A stretch of 64,000 bases of DNA from the IMG/VR virus record IMGVR_UViG_3300005096_000137, positions 64,001 through 128,000 of that record; one strand, 5' to 3'. Under the pieces are notes generated by a model. That model was given only the letters and a program-made list of their open reading frames with translations. It made no database searches and was not told where the DNA came from. The stretch comes from a virus. The position numbers and the translations under genes were made by a program. Positions 1 to 9,542 of the stretch are shown here, in pieces. How positions within the stretch are numbered: the first letter of the stretch is position 1; each line of letters begins with the position of its first letter.

Positions 1-2
1 GG

Positions 3-698
3 CAAGTTAAGGTCTGGCGAGACCCTGATTCCCCTGGTGAGTGCATCCGCGCGATTGACATGCTTGACCAGGAGTACGTGGATACCCTTGAAGAAGGGTA
101 TGACACCTGCCCAAGCTGCAAGGGTACTCGACAAGTTCCAAAGAAGACACGGGTTGCCAAGATGGTCCCCTGTCCGAAAGAGAAGGCTCTCAAGAATCGG
201 CTTGCACAGTGCGAAGAGACAGGTCGGATTGTCATCTTCGCTGGTTTCCAGGGCAGTATTGACCGCATCAAGGGTATCTGCAAGAAGTCCGGCTGGGATG
301 TGGTCCAGTGTGACGGTCGCGGCTGGCAGGTTATTGATAAGACAGGGAAGAAGGTTCAGACCAACAAGCCTCTAAGCTACTGGGCTGATCGTGAGCACCA
401 TCAGCAGGTTGCCTTTGTGGCTCACCCTGCATCAGGTGGTTTGAGCCTCAATCTCACTGAAGCACGGATGATTGTGTACTGGTCCAATGACTTCAATCCT
501 GAGTCCAGATCTCAAAGTGAGGACCGGATCCACAGAAAGGGTATGTCTGAAAACCATGGGGCAAAGATTGTGGACCTCTACCACCTCCCTAGTGACGAAC
601 ACGTCCACACAGTACTCAAAGCTAATCGGAAGTTGGAGCTTATGACCCTCGGGGAATTGTTCCCTGATGCACCCGAGGTTAAGAAAACCAAGGGCTAA
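3..698 (+). CDS. SNF2-family helicase, C-terminal part (5'-truncated by window edge)
   Basis: Frame is open from position 3. Helicase-C motifs HPASGGLSLNLTEA and QSEDRIHRKG; CPSCKGT Zn-knuckle insert. Confidence 0.85.
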   Translation, partial: QVKVWRDPDSPGECIRAIDMLDQEYVDTLEEGYDTCPSCKGTRQVPKKTRVAKMVPCPKEKALKNRLAQCEETGRIVIFAGFQGSIDRIKGICKKSGWDVVQCDGRGWQVIDKTGKKVQTNKPLSYWADREHHQQVAFVAHPASGGLSLNLTEARMIVYWSNDFNPESRSQSEDRIHRKGMSENHGAKIVDLYHLPSDEHVHTVLKANRKLELMTLGELFPDAPEVKKTKG

Positions 699-703
699 GA
701 AAC

Positions 704-2086
704 TTGAACAATCTGGGGGAAATAGTCCCACCTCAAAGTGATTTCGACTATACTGGAAGTAGTCCAATACTACATAAAAAGGAACATCGCTTGACACTGA
801 AACTGACCAAAAGACGTGCTACATCCCTCAAGAGGGACATTGCCGCCGGGACCAAGTCCTTGCAAGCCCTGGCCAACAAATACAAGGTATCCAGGGGTTT
901 GGTGTCGGACATCGCCAACGAACGTACCCGTACGGATGTCCCATGGCCCGAGGACTATGAGCCCGCGTTGAATAAGAAGGGTGGTCAGCGGAAGAAGATA
1001 CTACATGATCCCACCGACGCACGGGTTCTGGAGCTGGAGGCAGAGGTCATTCATCTCAATGATGAGAAGAACCTGCTCAAGCGGCAAGCCAAGGCAGCGA
1101 CAAAGACCAGTGGTCTTTATAAAGCAGCTTGTGACGTTGTGTCCGAGAATCTGATCCCTATGAAGGCACTGCCAGTTCAACGTAAACGGGGTGCCCAACA
1201 AGACATCATTGAGGAAGATTTGGTTCTCCACCTCAGTGATGGTCACCATGACCAGGTGGTTCGGAAGGAAGAGACCGGCGACTTGGAGGAGTACAACTTC
1301 CCCATCTCCTGTGCGAGGGCAGAACGCCTCGTGGACACGGTCATCGAACACAGTCAAGGGCACTTGCCCAATTACCGATTCCGTAGGTTATGGATTCTTG
1401 CCAATGGCGATCATACCAGCGGCGAGATCCATGGTCACGAGAAGCGATCCTACTTCAAGAATCAGATGAAGAACACACTGGCTATTGGTCAGCTTCATGC
1501 TTTGATGATTCGCGACTTGGCTCCGTATTTCGACCAAGTGAATTGTGTCTATACACCAGGTAACCATGGACGTCGGACACTAAAGAAAGACCATTATGGT
1601 GCCCACGAGAATTGGGACTACATGGTAGCCAAAGTGACGGAACTCCATTGTGCCAAGCTGCGGAATGTAGCGTTCAAGATTCCAAATGCCTTTTCCGTCA
1701 ACCTGGACATCTGTGGACATGGTTTCCACCTCTGCCATGGTGATGACGTCAAAGGCTCCCTAGGTATTCCGTTCTACGGGATGGTCCGTAAACAGAAGAA
1801 CCTGATGGCGTTAAACGCTATCTCAGGGGGTACTCGTATCCGTTACTTCTGTATGGGACATCACCACGTCCAAGCCAGTATGGCTGATTTGGATGGTGAA
1901 CTGCTGGTCAATGGCGCCTGGCTCGGGAATGACCCATACAGCTACAATTCCTTCTCTGGCTATCGGGCACCTACCCAACTCCTCCATGGGGTACACAAGA
2001 AACACGGAGTTACCTGGAGACTCCCCATTGGTCTCAAGCATGACGCAGAGAGTAAGGGTCCAAAACGTTACAAGGTGAGTATTTGA
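704..2086 (+). CDS. Calcineurin-like metallophosphoesterase with N-terminal HTH and coiled coil
   Basis: Motifs LSDGH, NGD, PGNHG, CHGD, MGHHH. Start may be TTG at 791, which follows an AAGGA RBS. Confidence 0.8.
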   Translation: MNNLGEIVPPQSDFDYTGSSPILHKKEHRLTLKLTKRRATSLKRDIAAGTKSLQALANKYKVSRGLVSDIANERTRTDVPWPEDYEPALNKKGGQRKKILHDPTDARVLELEAEVIHLNDEKNLLKRQAKAATKTSGLYKAACDVVSENLIPMKALPVQRKRGAQQDIIEEDLVLHLSDGHHDQVVRKEETGDLEEYNFPISCARAERLVDTVIEHSQGHLPNYRFRRLWILANGDHTSGEIHGHEKRSYFKNQMKNTLAIGQLHALMIRDLAPYFDQVNCVYTPGNHGRRTLKKDHYGAHENWDYMVAKVTELHCAKLRNVAFKIPNAFSVNLDICGHGFHLCHGDDVKGSLGIPFYGMVRKQKNLMALNAISGGTRIRYFCMGHHHVQASMADLDGELLVNGAWLGNDPYSYNSFSGYRAPTQLLHGVHKKHGVTWRLPIGLKHDAESKGPKRYKVSI

Positions 2087-2442
2087 ACAACCCGAGCCCA
2101 CCCAGATTTGAACACCCAGACCAAGACTGTATTGATGCAGTCTTGGTTCATAGTGGCGGGTACCCACATTTCGTCTCCCTCTTTGAAGAGCCCGTGACTC
2201 GTGGTGCCCACAGCTTTATTACAACCAAACTCTCGGTGAGGTGGAAGGGTGACCTTCCAAACCACTGGTCTGGTAAGGGTGGATCATTCAAGTGGCATCG
2301 GGTATTCACTACTCTCAAACCCGTGACAGTGGTGGGCGTTGCACTAGAAGGGGCTGTGATCCAAGATGGTGATAGCCATCGATTGGCTGGCCCTGATGAA
2401 ATGTTGTACAACTCCAAAGCTTCCTACCCCTGTTACCTATAG
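2083..2442 (+). CDS. hypothetical protein
   Basis: Overlaps upstream stop and fills the gap. Confidence 0.55.
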   Translation: MNNPSPPRFEHPDQDCIDAVLVHSGGYPHFVSLFEEPVTRGAHSFITTKLSVRWKGDLPNHWSGKGGSFKWHRVFTTLKPVTVVGVALEGAVIQDGDSHRLAGPDEMLYNSKASYPCYL

Positions 2443-2451
2443 AGGACAACC

Positions 2452-3231
2452 ATGCTGCTAAGGTATCCAGGTGGGAAAAGTCGAGGACCTCTCTGCAAAC
2501 GGATTGTGGACTTGGTGGGCACAAAGTATGAAGGTGGGCTCTTTTCGGAGCCCTTCTTCGGTGGCGGTGGGATTACCTTTCGGCTCCTGAAAGACGGCAT
2601 GGTGGACCGGGTACTGATCAATGACCTCGACCGCCCACTCGCCAACTTATGGAATTTGGCGATTTACCGGCCATCCCACCTGTGCCGTCTCATCAATCTC
2701 TTCAGACCATCCGTCGAAAGCTTTCTGAGCTGTAAGAAAGCCATTTTGGACGAAATGCCTTATGATTTAGGTTTTGAGATGCTAGTGGTGAATCGACTCT
2801 CACACGCGGGTCGGGGTGTCAAGGCAGGTCCTCAGGGTGGGCTAAAGCAGTCGGGGAAGTACAAGATTGACTGCCGGTGGAATCCCACCACCCTGGTAAA
2901 TAATGTGTGGAAGGTCCACAATCTGTTCCTCCCACTGGAGTCTGGTGGGTGCCAGAACGCAAGTTACGAAGAGTTCTTAACGCAACCAGTGGGTCTTCAC
3001 TATTTGGATCCACCCTACTGGGAAGTTGGAGAGGAACTCTATCCGCAAGCATTCACGGAAGAGCAACACACTGAACTTCGCGACAGGCTCATCAAGTGTC
3101 CAAACTGGATTCTGTCCTATAACAATCACCCAGCTATCCGGGAATTGTACAAGGGGTTTAATATGGAAACCCTGGGTACCTCCGGAAATGGTGGGGAGAA
3201 AGCTAAGAGTGAACTACTGATATGGAATTGA
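2452..3231 (+). CDS. DNA adenine methyltransferase (Dam/D12 class)
   Basis: LRYPGGKS, EPFFGGG, INDLD, YLDPPY, ILSYN, SELLI. Confidence 0.92.
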   Translation: MLLRYPGGKSRGPLCKRIVDLVGTKYEGGLFSEPFFGGGGITFRLLKDGMVDRVLINDLDRPLANLWNLAIYRPSHLCRLINLFRPSVESFLSCKKAILDEMPYDLGFEMLVVNRLSHAGRGVKAGPQGGLKQSGKYKIDCRWNPTTLVNNVWKVHNLFLPLESGGCQNASYEEFLTQPVGLHYLDPPYWEVGEELYPQAFTEEQHTELRDRLIKCPNWILSYNNHPAIRELYKGFNMETLGTSGNGGEKAKSELLIWN

Positions 3232-3902
3232 ATGTGATCACAACTCCCATGACGCTCCCTGATGAAGCAAATAATAAGGTGAATGCTGATTGCCGTTCCT
3301 TCACAGAATCAATGGAGGGTAAGGGGCAGTCCCTGGAGTACTACGAAGAGAATCGAGCTGCCTGGGACCCCTGGTATGATGTCTTTGTGGGTAAGAAAGC
3401 AGAGTACTTTGCCAGCCTCTACATGACATACAAGAAGGACTACCCATTGGTGTACCCAGATGTGTCGGTCCGTCAAGGATACCGGAAGGGGTGGGGCTTT
3501 GATTTAACATACGAAGACCTTCCCTCCGTGCATGTCAAGTCTTGTACTCAGCGGACAATCGATAGTGTTGGTGACTACAGTTGGACATGGCAGTGGAAGA
3601 ATCAACATGATGACGGCGGTCGGGACAGGGTATTTACGCAAGAAGAGCCTGGTCTTGTGGTCTGTGTGTTTCTCCCGAGTCTATCTGCACCTACTGCGGA
3701 TATTAAATTGGTGCTGCCCACTGAGATGATGTTGGAGAAGGTCCGGGATCCAAAGAGCACAACACACATCGGTTTTAAGAAGTGCTTGTATTTTGCTGAT
3801 TTCAGTAACGACCCACTTCCACCCCGATACAAAGACATTTGCAATAGTCCCACACTATCCAGTGCTGATCTCGATGCAATGATTGGAGGACTCGGCGTAT
3901 GA
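3222..3902 (+). CDS. hypothetical protein, possible PD-(D/E)XK-type nuclease
   Basis: GKKAE...PD...DL...VHVKS pattern. Confidence 0.45.
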   Translation: MELNVITTPMTLPDEANNKVNADCRSFTESMEGKGQSLEYYEENRAAWDPWYDVFVGKKAEYFASLYMTYKKDYPLVYPDVSVRQGYRKGWGFDLTYEDLPSVHVKSCTQRTIDSVGDYSWTWQWKNQHDDGGRDRVFTQEEPGLVVCVFLPSLSAPTADIKLVLPTEMMLEKVRDPKSTTHIGFKKCLYFADFSNDPLPPRYKDICNSPTLSSADLDAMIGGLGV

Positions 3903-4690
3903 CACTATCCCGCCGAAAACTACTCAAGGGCCTTGGGCTCAGCGGATTGAGCCTGGCTGTCTGTGTGGGTACGAAAATGACCCTCCCCATAGCTCAGTCG
4001 GAATCCCCCGACCCAACCCCTGAACCAACTCCTGAACCAACTTCTAAGAAGGGGTCTCGGGGGTCCATCAAGGAAATAGAAGCCCACATCGACGACTGCT
4101 GCATACCAAAGGCAACGCCCAAGCCGTCAATTGACGAACTTGTCGTGGACCACCTCGACCATAGTTTGGTGTCTCAGGAGACTGTGAACCAGGTTGTGAA
4201 GCAAGGTATTGAGGACACCAGGGCGGACCGGGAGCAGGGTCTTGAAGAGCTGGCGAAGCAGATCACACTGGTGGCGGAGCAGCAGGCATGCGAATGGGAG
4301 CAGAAGAAACATGAGTGGGAGCGACGTCGGGACCAGGAACGTCAGATGCAGTATCAAAGCAGTCAGTACCATACCAGGAGGTACCCACAACCTGATGGAC
4401 CTGATGGACCTGATCCACATGGTTTTCACTATGAAGAAATGGGATCAATTGATACCGTGTTGGGGCAACGCTTCACTACGTGTCAAGCGCCCCTATTTGA
4501 CATTAACTGCTTTCGTGATGACTCCGTACGGATGCTCCCTAACACCTACAAGGAATACTTTGTACGAAAGGTGGTCACGATTGTCGGCGAATCGGCGTGG
4601 GGTCCAGTCGTAGAGGATGAGTCGGTCCCTTGTGGGTATCGAGTTGCTTATCCAACTGAAATGGGTTTAGAAAGTGAGTACACACGGTGA
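3899..4690 (+). CDS. Tat signal peptide protein
   Basis: N-terminus SRRKLLKGLGLSGLSLAV, then a PTPEPT linker and coiled coil. Confidence 0.7.
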   Translation: MTLSRRKLLKGLGLSGLSLAVCVGTKMTLPIAQSESPDPTPEPTPEPTSKKGSRGSIKEIEAHIDDCCIPKATPKPSIDELVVDHLDHSLVSQETVNQVVKQGIEDTRADREQGLEELAKQITLVAEQQACEWEQKKHEWERRRDQERQMQYQSSQYHTRRYPQPDGPDGPDPHGFHYEEMGSIDTVLGQRFTTCQAPLFDINCFRDDSVRMLPNTYKEYFVRKVVTIVGESAWGPVVEDESVPCGYRVAYPTEMGLESEYTR

Positions 4691-4929
4691 TACGTCGACG
4701 AATTTACAATGAGATGCCCGACATTGGAAAGGATTCTCCAATTGTCACCCTCCAGTCAGCCCCAATTGTCAAAGACACCGAATGTGTCTTTCTATGTGGG
4801 AACCTCCAGGTCCGGGGTCCCGAACAGGACTACGTCATTGATACAGAGACCGGGGTAATTACTTTCAATTTCAATTTGAAGAATGAACCAGGTCAACGTG
4901 ATACTGTGGCGGTTAGTTATAATCCCTGA
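4687..4929 (+). CDS. stand-alone virion-type beta-repeat domain protein
   Basis: TL..AP...E.VFL.G.LQ..G...DY.I....ITF.....D.V.V.Y resembles a repeat of phage tail/baseplate proteins (recalled, not searched). Confidence 0.5.
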   Translation: MIRRRIYNEMPDIGKDSPIVTLQSAPIVKDTECVFLCGNLQVRGPEQDYVIDTETGVITFNFNLKNEPGQRDTVAVSYNP

Positions 4930-4970
4930 GGACTGATCAGTAGTCCTTACATTCAAGAGGTAAATAAACT

Positions 4971-5189
4971 GTGACCAACCAGCGTGACATACCAACAGGC
5001 TCGGAATCTCACGTCATGTTGTTCCCCGACCCCATTCAGGTAAATGCAGGTGAGACATTAACGGTAGTTTATACCGTTGGTTTTGGTCCTGAGTGTCAGG
5101 GTGGGGCAGTGTGTCGCCTTGAGGGTGCTAGGGTTACATCTGAAAGCGGACTTGTTGTCCAAGACTTCGATTATCTAAATGGTTTATGA
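4971..5189 (+). CDS. small protein with F..P+.V..G+.+...Y/F motif
   Basis: GAGG RBS; motif shared with 5219..5986. Confidence 0.55.
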   Translation: MTNQRDIPTGSESHVMLFPDPIQVNAGETLTVVYTVGFGPECQGGAVCRLEGARVTSESGLVVQDFDYLNGL

Positions 5190-5218
5190 TTAGAGAAACT
5201 TTCCAGTAAGGTATCCAA

Positions 5219-5986
5219 ATGACAATTTCACGACGTGGTATGCTACGGGCTCTAGGGCTGGGTGGTGCAGGGCTGGCACTTGGGGCTCACAAGGGGTTGG
5301 CTAATCTACCTGCCCTGGTTGATGCAGGTTCAGATACAAAAGACTTACCTCAGACCCTCGAAGCGATCCAGGACCTCGCGGACGCGGCAGAGGTGTGTTC
5401 TACAAATATGGGCAAGGCTTGGAAGCCCATTAAGTTCCGGAATGAGACACAACTCCCACCCGAGTCTATTCTTCCTGATTCCCCAATCAGCTTTCACATC
5501 CCAGATGCTGATAAGTCCAAGGCGCTCCAGGGACTTGTGGATGACTATCTCATCCCAGGGTTGAAATACCCGAAAACGACTCACCATGACCGGCATCTGC
5601 TAATGACGTTCTCCACACCGGTTGCTGTTGATACCGGGGACAGAATCAATGCCACCTTCCCAGGCGGGAAGCGCAACTTCGATATCCTCGCCAGAATCAC
5701 AGCCATTGGTGTGACGTGTGCTGGTGAACTGGCGATTGACGATGAAAGTGCCGATGGTGGCGTAAGGGTGGCCCGTTGTTCGGAAGTCACATCAGGAACA
5801 CTCCAGGCGTCTGATGACCCCAAAATGGATGTGGCTCTCGCTAATTTCAACCGGCTGGGTGCCGAGAACTTGACACCCGGAGAATGGATGCTACTGTATA
5901 GTAGGGCTCCGGGTATTCTGGATCCCTTTCATCCTAGTAACTTTCCTAATTCCAAGACTCTCGGCGAATTTGACGAGCGTTACTAA
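5219..5986 (+). CDS. Tat signal peptide protein
   Basis: SRRGMLRALGLGGAGLALGA. Confidence 0.7.
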   Translation: MTISRRGMLRALGLGGAGLALGAHKGLANLPALVDAGSDTKDLPQTLEAIQDLADAAEVCSTNMGKAWKPIKFRNETQLPPESILPDSPISFHIPDADKSKALQGLVDDYLIPGLKYPKTTHHDRHLLMTFSTPVAVDTGDRINATFPGGKRNFDILARITAIGVTCAGELAIDDESADGGVRVARCSEVTSGTLQASDDPKMDVALANFNRLGAENLTPGEWMLLYSRAPGILDPFHPSNFPNSKTLGEFDERY

Positions 5987-6519
5987 TGTACACAATCACC
6001 CATGATGATCACCGCGCACACTACCTGGCAATGCCTCGGACAGGTTCCAAGGCTGTCCGGGATGCGTTCCGTTCTGTAGTTGGCTGTCGGACGGATGGGC
6101 ACCATTGTCTTGATGACTTCAAGCGGATGGTGTTTCCTGGTGACCTAGTGATGTCCACCGTGAGAAATCCATTTGATTGGTTTGTCTCATTCTGGTACCT
6201 CAATGGATGTCCTGGTAAGTTCGACCGGTTTGTGCCCAAACTCTGTGACACATCCGAGTGGATCAAACGGAATGCTGACGTTACGGAGTGCCGGTTGTTC
6301 TGGAAGTATGCACCCCTCTCCACTCATATCCTCCGGTACGAATATCTCCAGGATGACCTGGATACTGCCCTCATACTCAATGGATTCCCGGAGATGCCTC
6401 TCAAGCAGAATGGAACTCCTAAACCCAGACCCTATCAAACTTACTACAAGCGGTTGACACGAGACTACGTTCAGTCTCGCTTTGCTGCTGAAATCAAGGA
6501 ATATGGATACCAGTTTTGA
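5986..6519 (+). CDS. sulfotransferase family 2 protein
   Basis: 5'-PSB-like MPRTGSKAV; 3'-PB-like VRNPFDWFVSFW; LRYE; C-terminal EYGYQF. Confidence 0.8.
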   Translation: MYTITHDDHRAHYLAMPRTGSKAVRDAFRSVVGCRTDGHHCLDDFKRMVFPGDLVMSTVRNPFDWFVSFWYLNGCPGKFDRFVPKLCDTSEWIKRNADVTECRLFWKYAPLSTHILRYEYLQDDLDTALILNGFPEMPLKQNGTPKPRPYQTYYKRLTRDYVQSRFAAEIKEYGYQF

Positions 6520-7076
6520 CAGTCGTTAACCACAAATACAAGTACGTGTTCTTCCATGAGCCACACACTGGTGGTCGCTCGGTGGAGCAGTCTCTCATGC
6601 AGCACGAGGGTAGCCACAACTGCAACGGTGAGCACCACATTAGTGTACCCAGTATGCTGACGAAGGGGTTCATTACTCAGGACCAGCTCGAAGCATACAC
6701 CACCTTTCGAGTCGTTCGACATCCCCTCGATTGGTTGATGACCTGTTGGCTGAGGGTTCGACAACCTCACCAGACGCTGACTTTCTGGGATTGGCTCCAG
6801 CACTACGGTAAGCTCCAGATGATGGAGAGTCCAAAAGGGCGGACTCTGTTCTGGCGTTACCAGGGGCATGCCTTTGAGACCTTTAACTTGGAAGGGATTA
6901 CTCCCGATTTGACCATGTACCTTACCCGGTATACTGGCTGCCCCCAGTTCACCGTGGGCACAGTAGGCAAGACTGAAGATAAACCGAATTGGAGGGATGT
7001 ACTGACGGTTACCCAGCACTGGCAGGCTATCCAGATGTATCCTGATATCCAATACTACGGGTACAAATACTCATGA
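6516..7076 (+). CDS. sulfotransferase family 2 protein (degenerate motifs)
   Basis: FFHEPHTGGRSV, VVRHPLDWL, YGYKY. Confidence 0.7.
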   Translation: MTVVNHKYKYVFFHEPHTGGRSVEQSLMQHEGSHNCNGEHHISVPSMLTKGFITQDQLEAYTTFRVVRHPLDWLMTCWLRVRQPHQTLTFWDWLQHYGKLQMMESPKGRTLFWRYQGHAFETFNLEGITPDLTMYLTRYTGCPQFTVGTVGKTEDKPNWRDVLTVTQHWQAIQMYPDIQYYGYKYS

Positions 7077-7633
7077 GTCTAAGACACAGAAACGTGGACA
7101 TAAGCAACCCGCCGGTTCTCCGTAGTCAATTGACTAATGCGTTCTCTGTAGGTAGATGGGAAGCCCGGTGTACCAAGAAGTGGCTGGAAACAGAAGAGGC
7201 TGTCGACGGGACCACCCTAGCACTACCTATTTGGCACTGGATGGGAAACTGCCTGTACTCTGGGTACCAAACCCTCCAGGCAGATGACGAAGTTCGGGTG
7301 TCCTGCCCAAAGTCTGGGGATCACCTTGCGGTTCAGATTACGGACCCGAGCACCTTCATGTGGTGTCAGAAAGTCCCAGATGAACCATGGACATTAACCC
7401 AGATATGTGGCAGCCTCAAGGGGCACCAGATGTCAACGATTCACTTGGCGGTGCATATCCAGTGTGACCAAGATATTCAGAGTGATCTCTGGTGGGCAGG
7501 CTTGGATATTGCCCCTGACCTCAATATGACCATTGATGGTAAATGCTATTGGTTCCCATACTTCCAAGGTTCATTGACACCTGTGGTGGGTGGGAGCTAC
7601 CTTCTTCAGGGCAATTCCAAACCCTATATGTAA
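7073..7633 (+). CDS. hypothetical protein
   Basis: ATGA coupling to upstream gene. Confidence 0.6.
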   Translation: MSLRHRNVDISNPPVLRSQLTNAFSVGRWEARCTKKWLETEEAVDGTTLALPIWHWMGNCLYSGYQTLQADDEVRVSCPKSGDHLAVQITDPSTFMWCQKVPDEPWTLTQICGSLKGHQMSTIHLAVHIQCDQDIQSDLWWAGLDIAPDLNMTIDGKCYWFPYFQGSLTPVVGGSYLLQGNSKPYM

Positions 7634-7642
7634 GGAACTGAT

Positions 7643-7858
7643 TTGAATTACCCCAGGTATACCAAACCTCTTGTGACTTATGATATAAGACCTAGCCATA
7701 CCTTCCTGTGTGGACCTGATTGGTTTACCTTTGCTTGGTTCACAGTCCAGGAACGTCTTGTCTACCCACCACAGTGCTCAATGATAATTGATGAGCGGTC
7801 GTGCTTCTTCTCTGATGAGTTTCACCTCTGCCGGGAGTTCTCTGAGATTGTTCTTTGA
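7643..7858 (+). CDS. hypothetical protein
   Basis: AAGGA RBS before TTG. Confidence 0.5.
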   Translation: MNYPRYTKPLVTYDIRPSHTFLCGPDWFTFAWFTVQERLVYPPQCSMIIDERSCFFSDEFHLCREFSEIVL

Positions 7859-7871
7859 AAGGAACTAATTT

Positions 7872-8507
7872 GTGTTGAATCGACGTGACTTGTTAAAGAT
7901 GTTCGGCGTGGGGGCAGTCTCAGCCACCATCCCAGCATCCCTCTCTCGGGCTGTGGTTCCTAAGAACGAGATTGTTGAGGTGCCTTGGCAGGAACCTCCT
8001 GAGGCGGCACCCTTTGGGTTCGCTGACCCTCCCCCGAAACCAGATGAACTGGATGACCTGGTTGAGAACCTGCCCGTCCCGGCTCCCGTCGATGCAGTTC
8101 ATGAGAGCCTCAGGGGTCAGGGGTTAGTCAGGCTGGATGAACATGGTGTGGTTACGTTTCACAACACCAATACTGACGAGAAGGTACATCTCAAAATACA
8201 CGAGGGTTCCATGGCCTATGGGCAAAGTATGGATGTGCAGTTTAGTCATGACCGAGGTCGACTGACTGTGCCGAATGCCAGCCATGGTCCCCTAGAGGTC
8301 AGTTTGTACGCACGTATTGCAGAAGTGGTCTCCCCTAACCCTGGTTGGCTTCAGACAATTCGGAGTGCAGGTCCAGAGGGCCTGGATATGATCATCTCGT
8401 TGCCGAACTCTGACCTACTGGTACTGTTTTCCAGGTTGGTGTACCAGTCGATGTCTCTCGACCCCAAAGAAGGGCTATTTGAAATTGAAGGGGTATGCTA
8501 CAATTGA
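7872..8507 (+). CDS. Tat signal peptide protein with probable tail-tube-like domain
   Basis: NRRDLLKMFGVGAVSA, Pro-rich linker, beta-rich domain (LKIHEGSMAY...DRG.L...PLEVSL...FEIEGVC). The tail tube assignment is inference. Confidence 0.6.
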   Translation: MLNRRDLLKMFGVGAVSATIPASLSRAVVPKNEIVEVPWQEPPEAAPFGFADPPPKPDELDDLVENLPVPAPVDAVHESLRGQGLVRLDEHGVVTFHNTNTDEKVHLKIHEGSMAYGQSMDVQFSHDRGRLTVPNASHGPLEVSLYARIAEVVSPNPGWLQTIRSAGPEGLDMIISLPNSDLLVLFSRLVYQSMSLDPKEGLFEIEGVCYN

Positions 8508-9379
8508 GCTATGATTATGAAGTTGCTGGGCATGTCTACGTCGTCCCACTCCATGACATCTACGTGGACCCTGATTTCAATTGCCGGGGTGCATTTGCTC
8601 CTCATGAAGTTCACGGACTTGGTCAGAGTATCTCGGAAGAAGGTCAACGGGCTCCCATAGTTGTCCAACCTCTGGACGACGTCCCTGGACCAGAGCAGCC
8701 CCTGGGTGACTGGACCTTTCGTTTGATCGCCGGACATCGCCGCTACATGGCAATCGATAAATGGTCTACGGGTACTACTATCAACTGTGTGGTGGAGAGG
8801 GGACTGACCCGTGAACAGGCTTGCACTCTTAACTTCTCAGAGAATCTCCAGAGAAAGGACCTGAACATCTTGGAGGAGGCTCGCGCACTCCACCGCACCT
8901 GGCCAATCCAGTCATTGGGCATGATCTCAAAACTCATTGGGAAACCTAAGAAGTGGATCCACGCTCGCCGGATGCTCCTCCAGCTCCCTGATTACGTCCA
9001 GACACGGGCAGCCAGTAACGGTATTTCCCAGTACGATATCCTAATGCTTGCCAAACTCCCGCCCGACAGGGTGGAGGCAGCCTACGAGAAGCTGACTTCG
9101 TCAAAAGGAAAGACGGGGCGACGACCAGTGGTAGCCGGCAAACAGAAGTGGAGAAACCGACCTCGGGGAATCAATGAAATCTCAAAGATGGTCGCATTCC
9201 TGCTCCGCCACCAGCGATTCTCAGAACTTTCCGAAGCCGAAATTACTCTGGTCACGTCAACCCTGGTCTGGGTCACTAAAGGCATTGACGCACAGGAGTT
9301 ACTAGAGAACAGGTTTGGCTTCCCCGAGGGCAGCGTGGCTATCGATTCCACTGACGAAATTGAGGGAATGAAAGATTAG
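8495..9379 (+). CDS. ParB/Spo0J-like protein
   Basis: FNCR, GQRAPIVV, LIAGHRRYMA, NFSENLQRKDLNILEEA, then HTH. Confidence 0.88.
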   Translation: MLQLSYDYEVAGHVYVVPLHDIYVDPDFNCRGAFAPHEVHGLGQSISEEGQRAPIVVQPLDDVPGPEQPLGDWTFRLIAGHRRYMAIDKWSTGTTINCVVERGLTREQACTLNFSENLQRKDLNILEEARALHRTWPIQSLGMISKLIGKPKKWIHARRMLLQLPDYVQTRAASNGISQYDILMLAKLPPDRVEAAYEKLTSSKGKTGRRPVVAGKQKWRNRPRGINEISKMVAFLLRHQRFSELSEAEITLVTSTLVWVTKGIDAQELLENRFGFPEGSVAIDSTDEIEGMKD

Positions 9380-9404
9380 CCGCAGGTTTTATTGAAATTG
9401 GTTC

Positions 9405-9432
9405 TTGACTTCCCGGACCCATCGAGTATACT
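9405..9432 (+). promoter_or_regulatory. sigma70-type promoter for the ncRNA array
   Basis: TTGACT-16-TATACT. Confidence 0.75.
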
Positions 9433-9542
9433 TGGTAATAGAACGTGCCAAAGATTCAAGACTAATTCCAGCCAAAAGAGCTGGTGAACTCTAACTTGAG
9501 GACAGAACGATGTAGTTGGCTGGGTGAAAGCCCAGCACCCTT

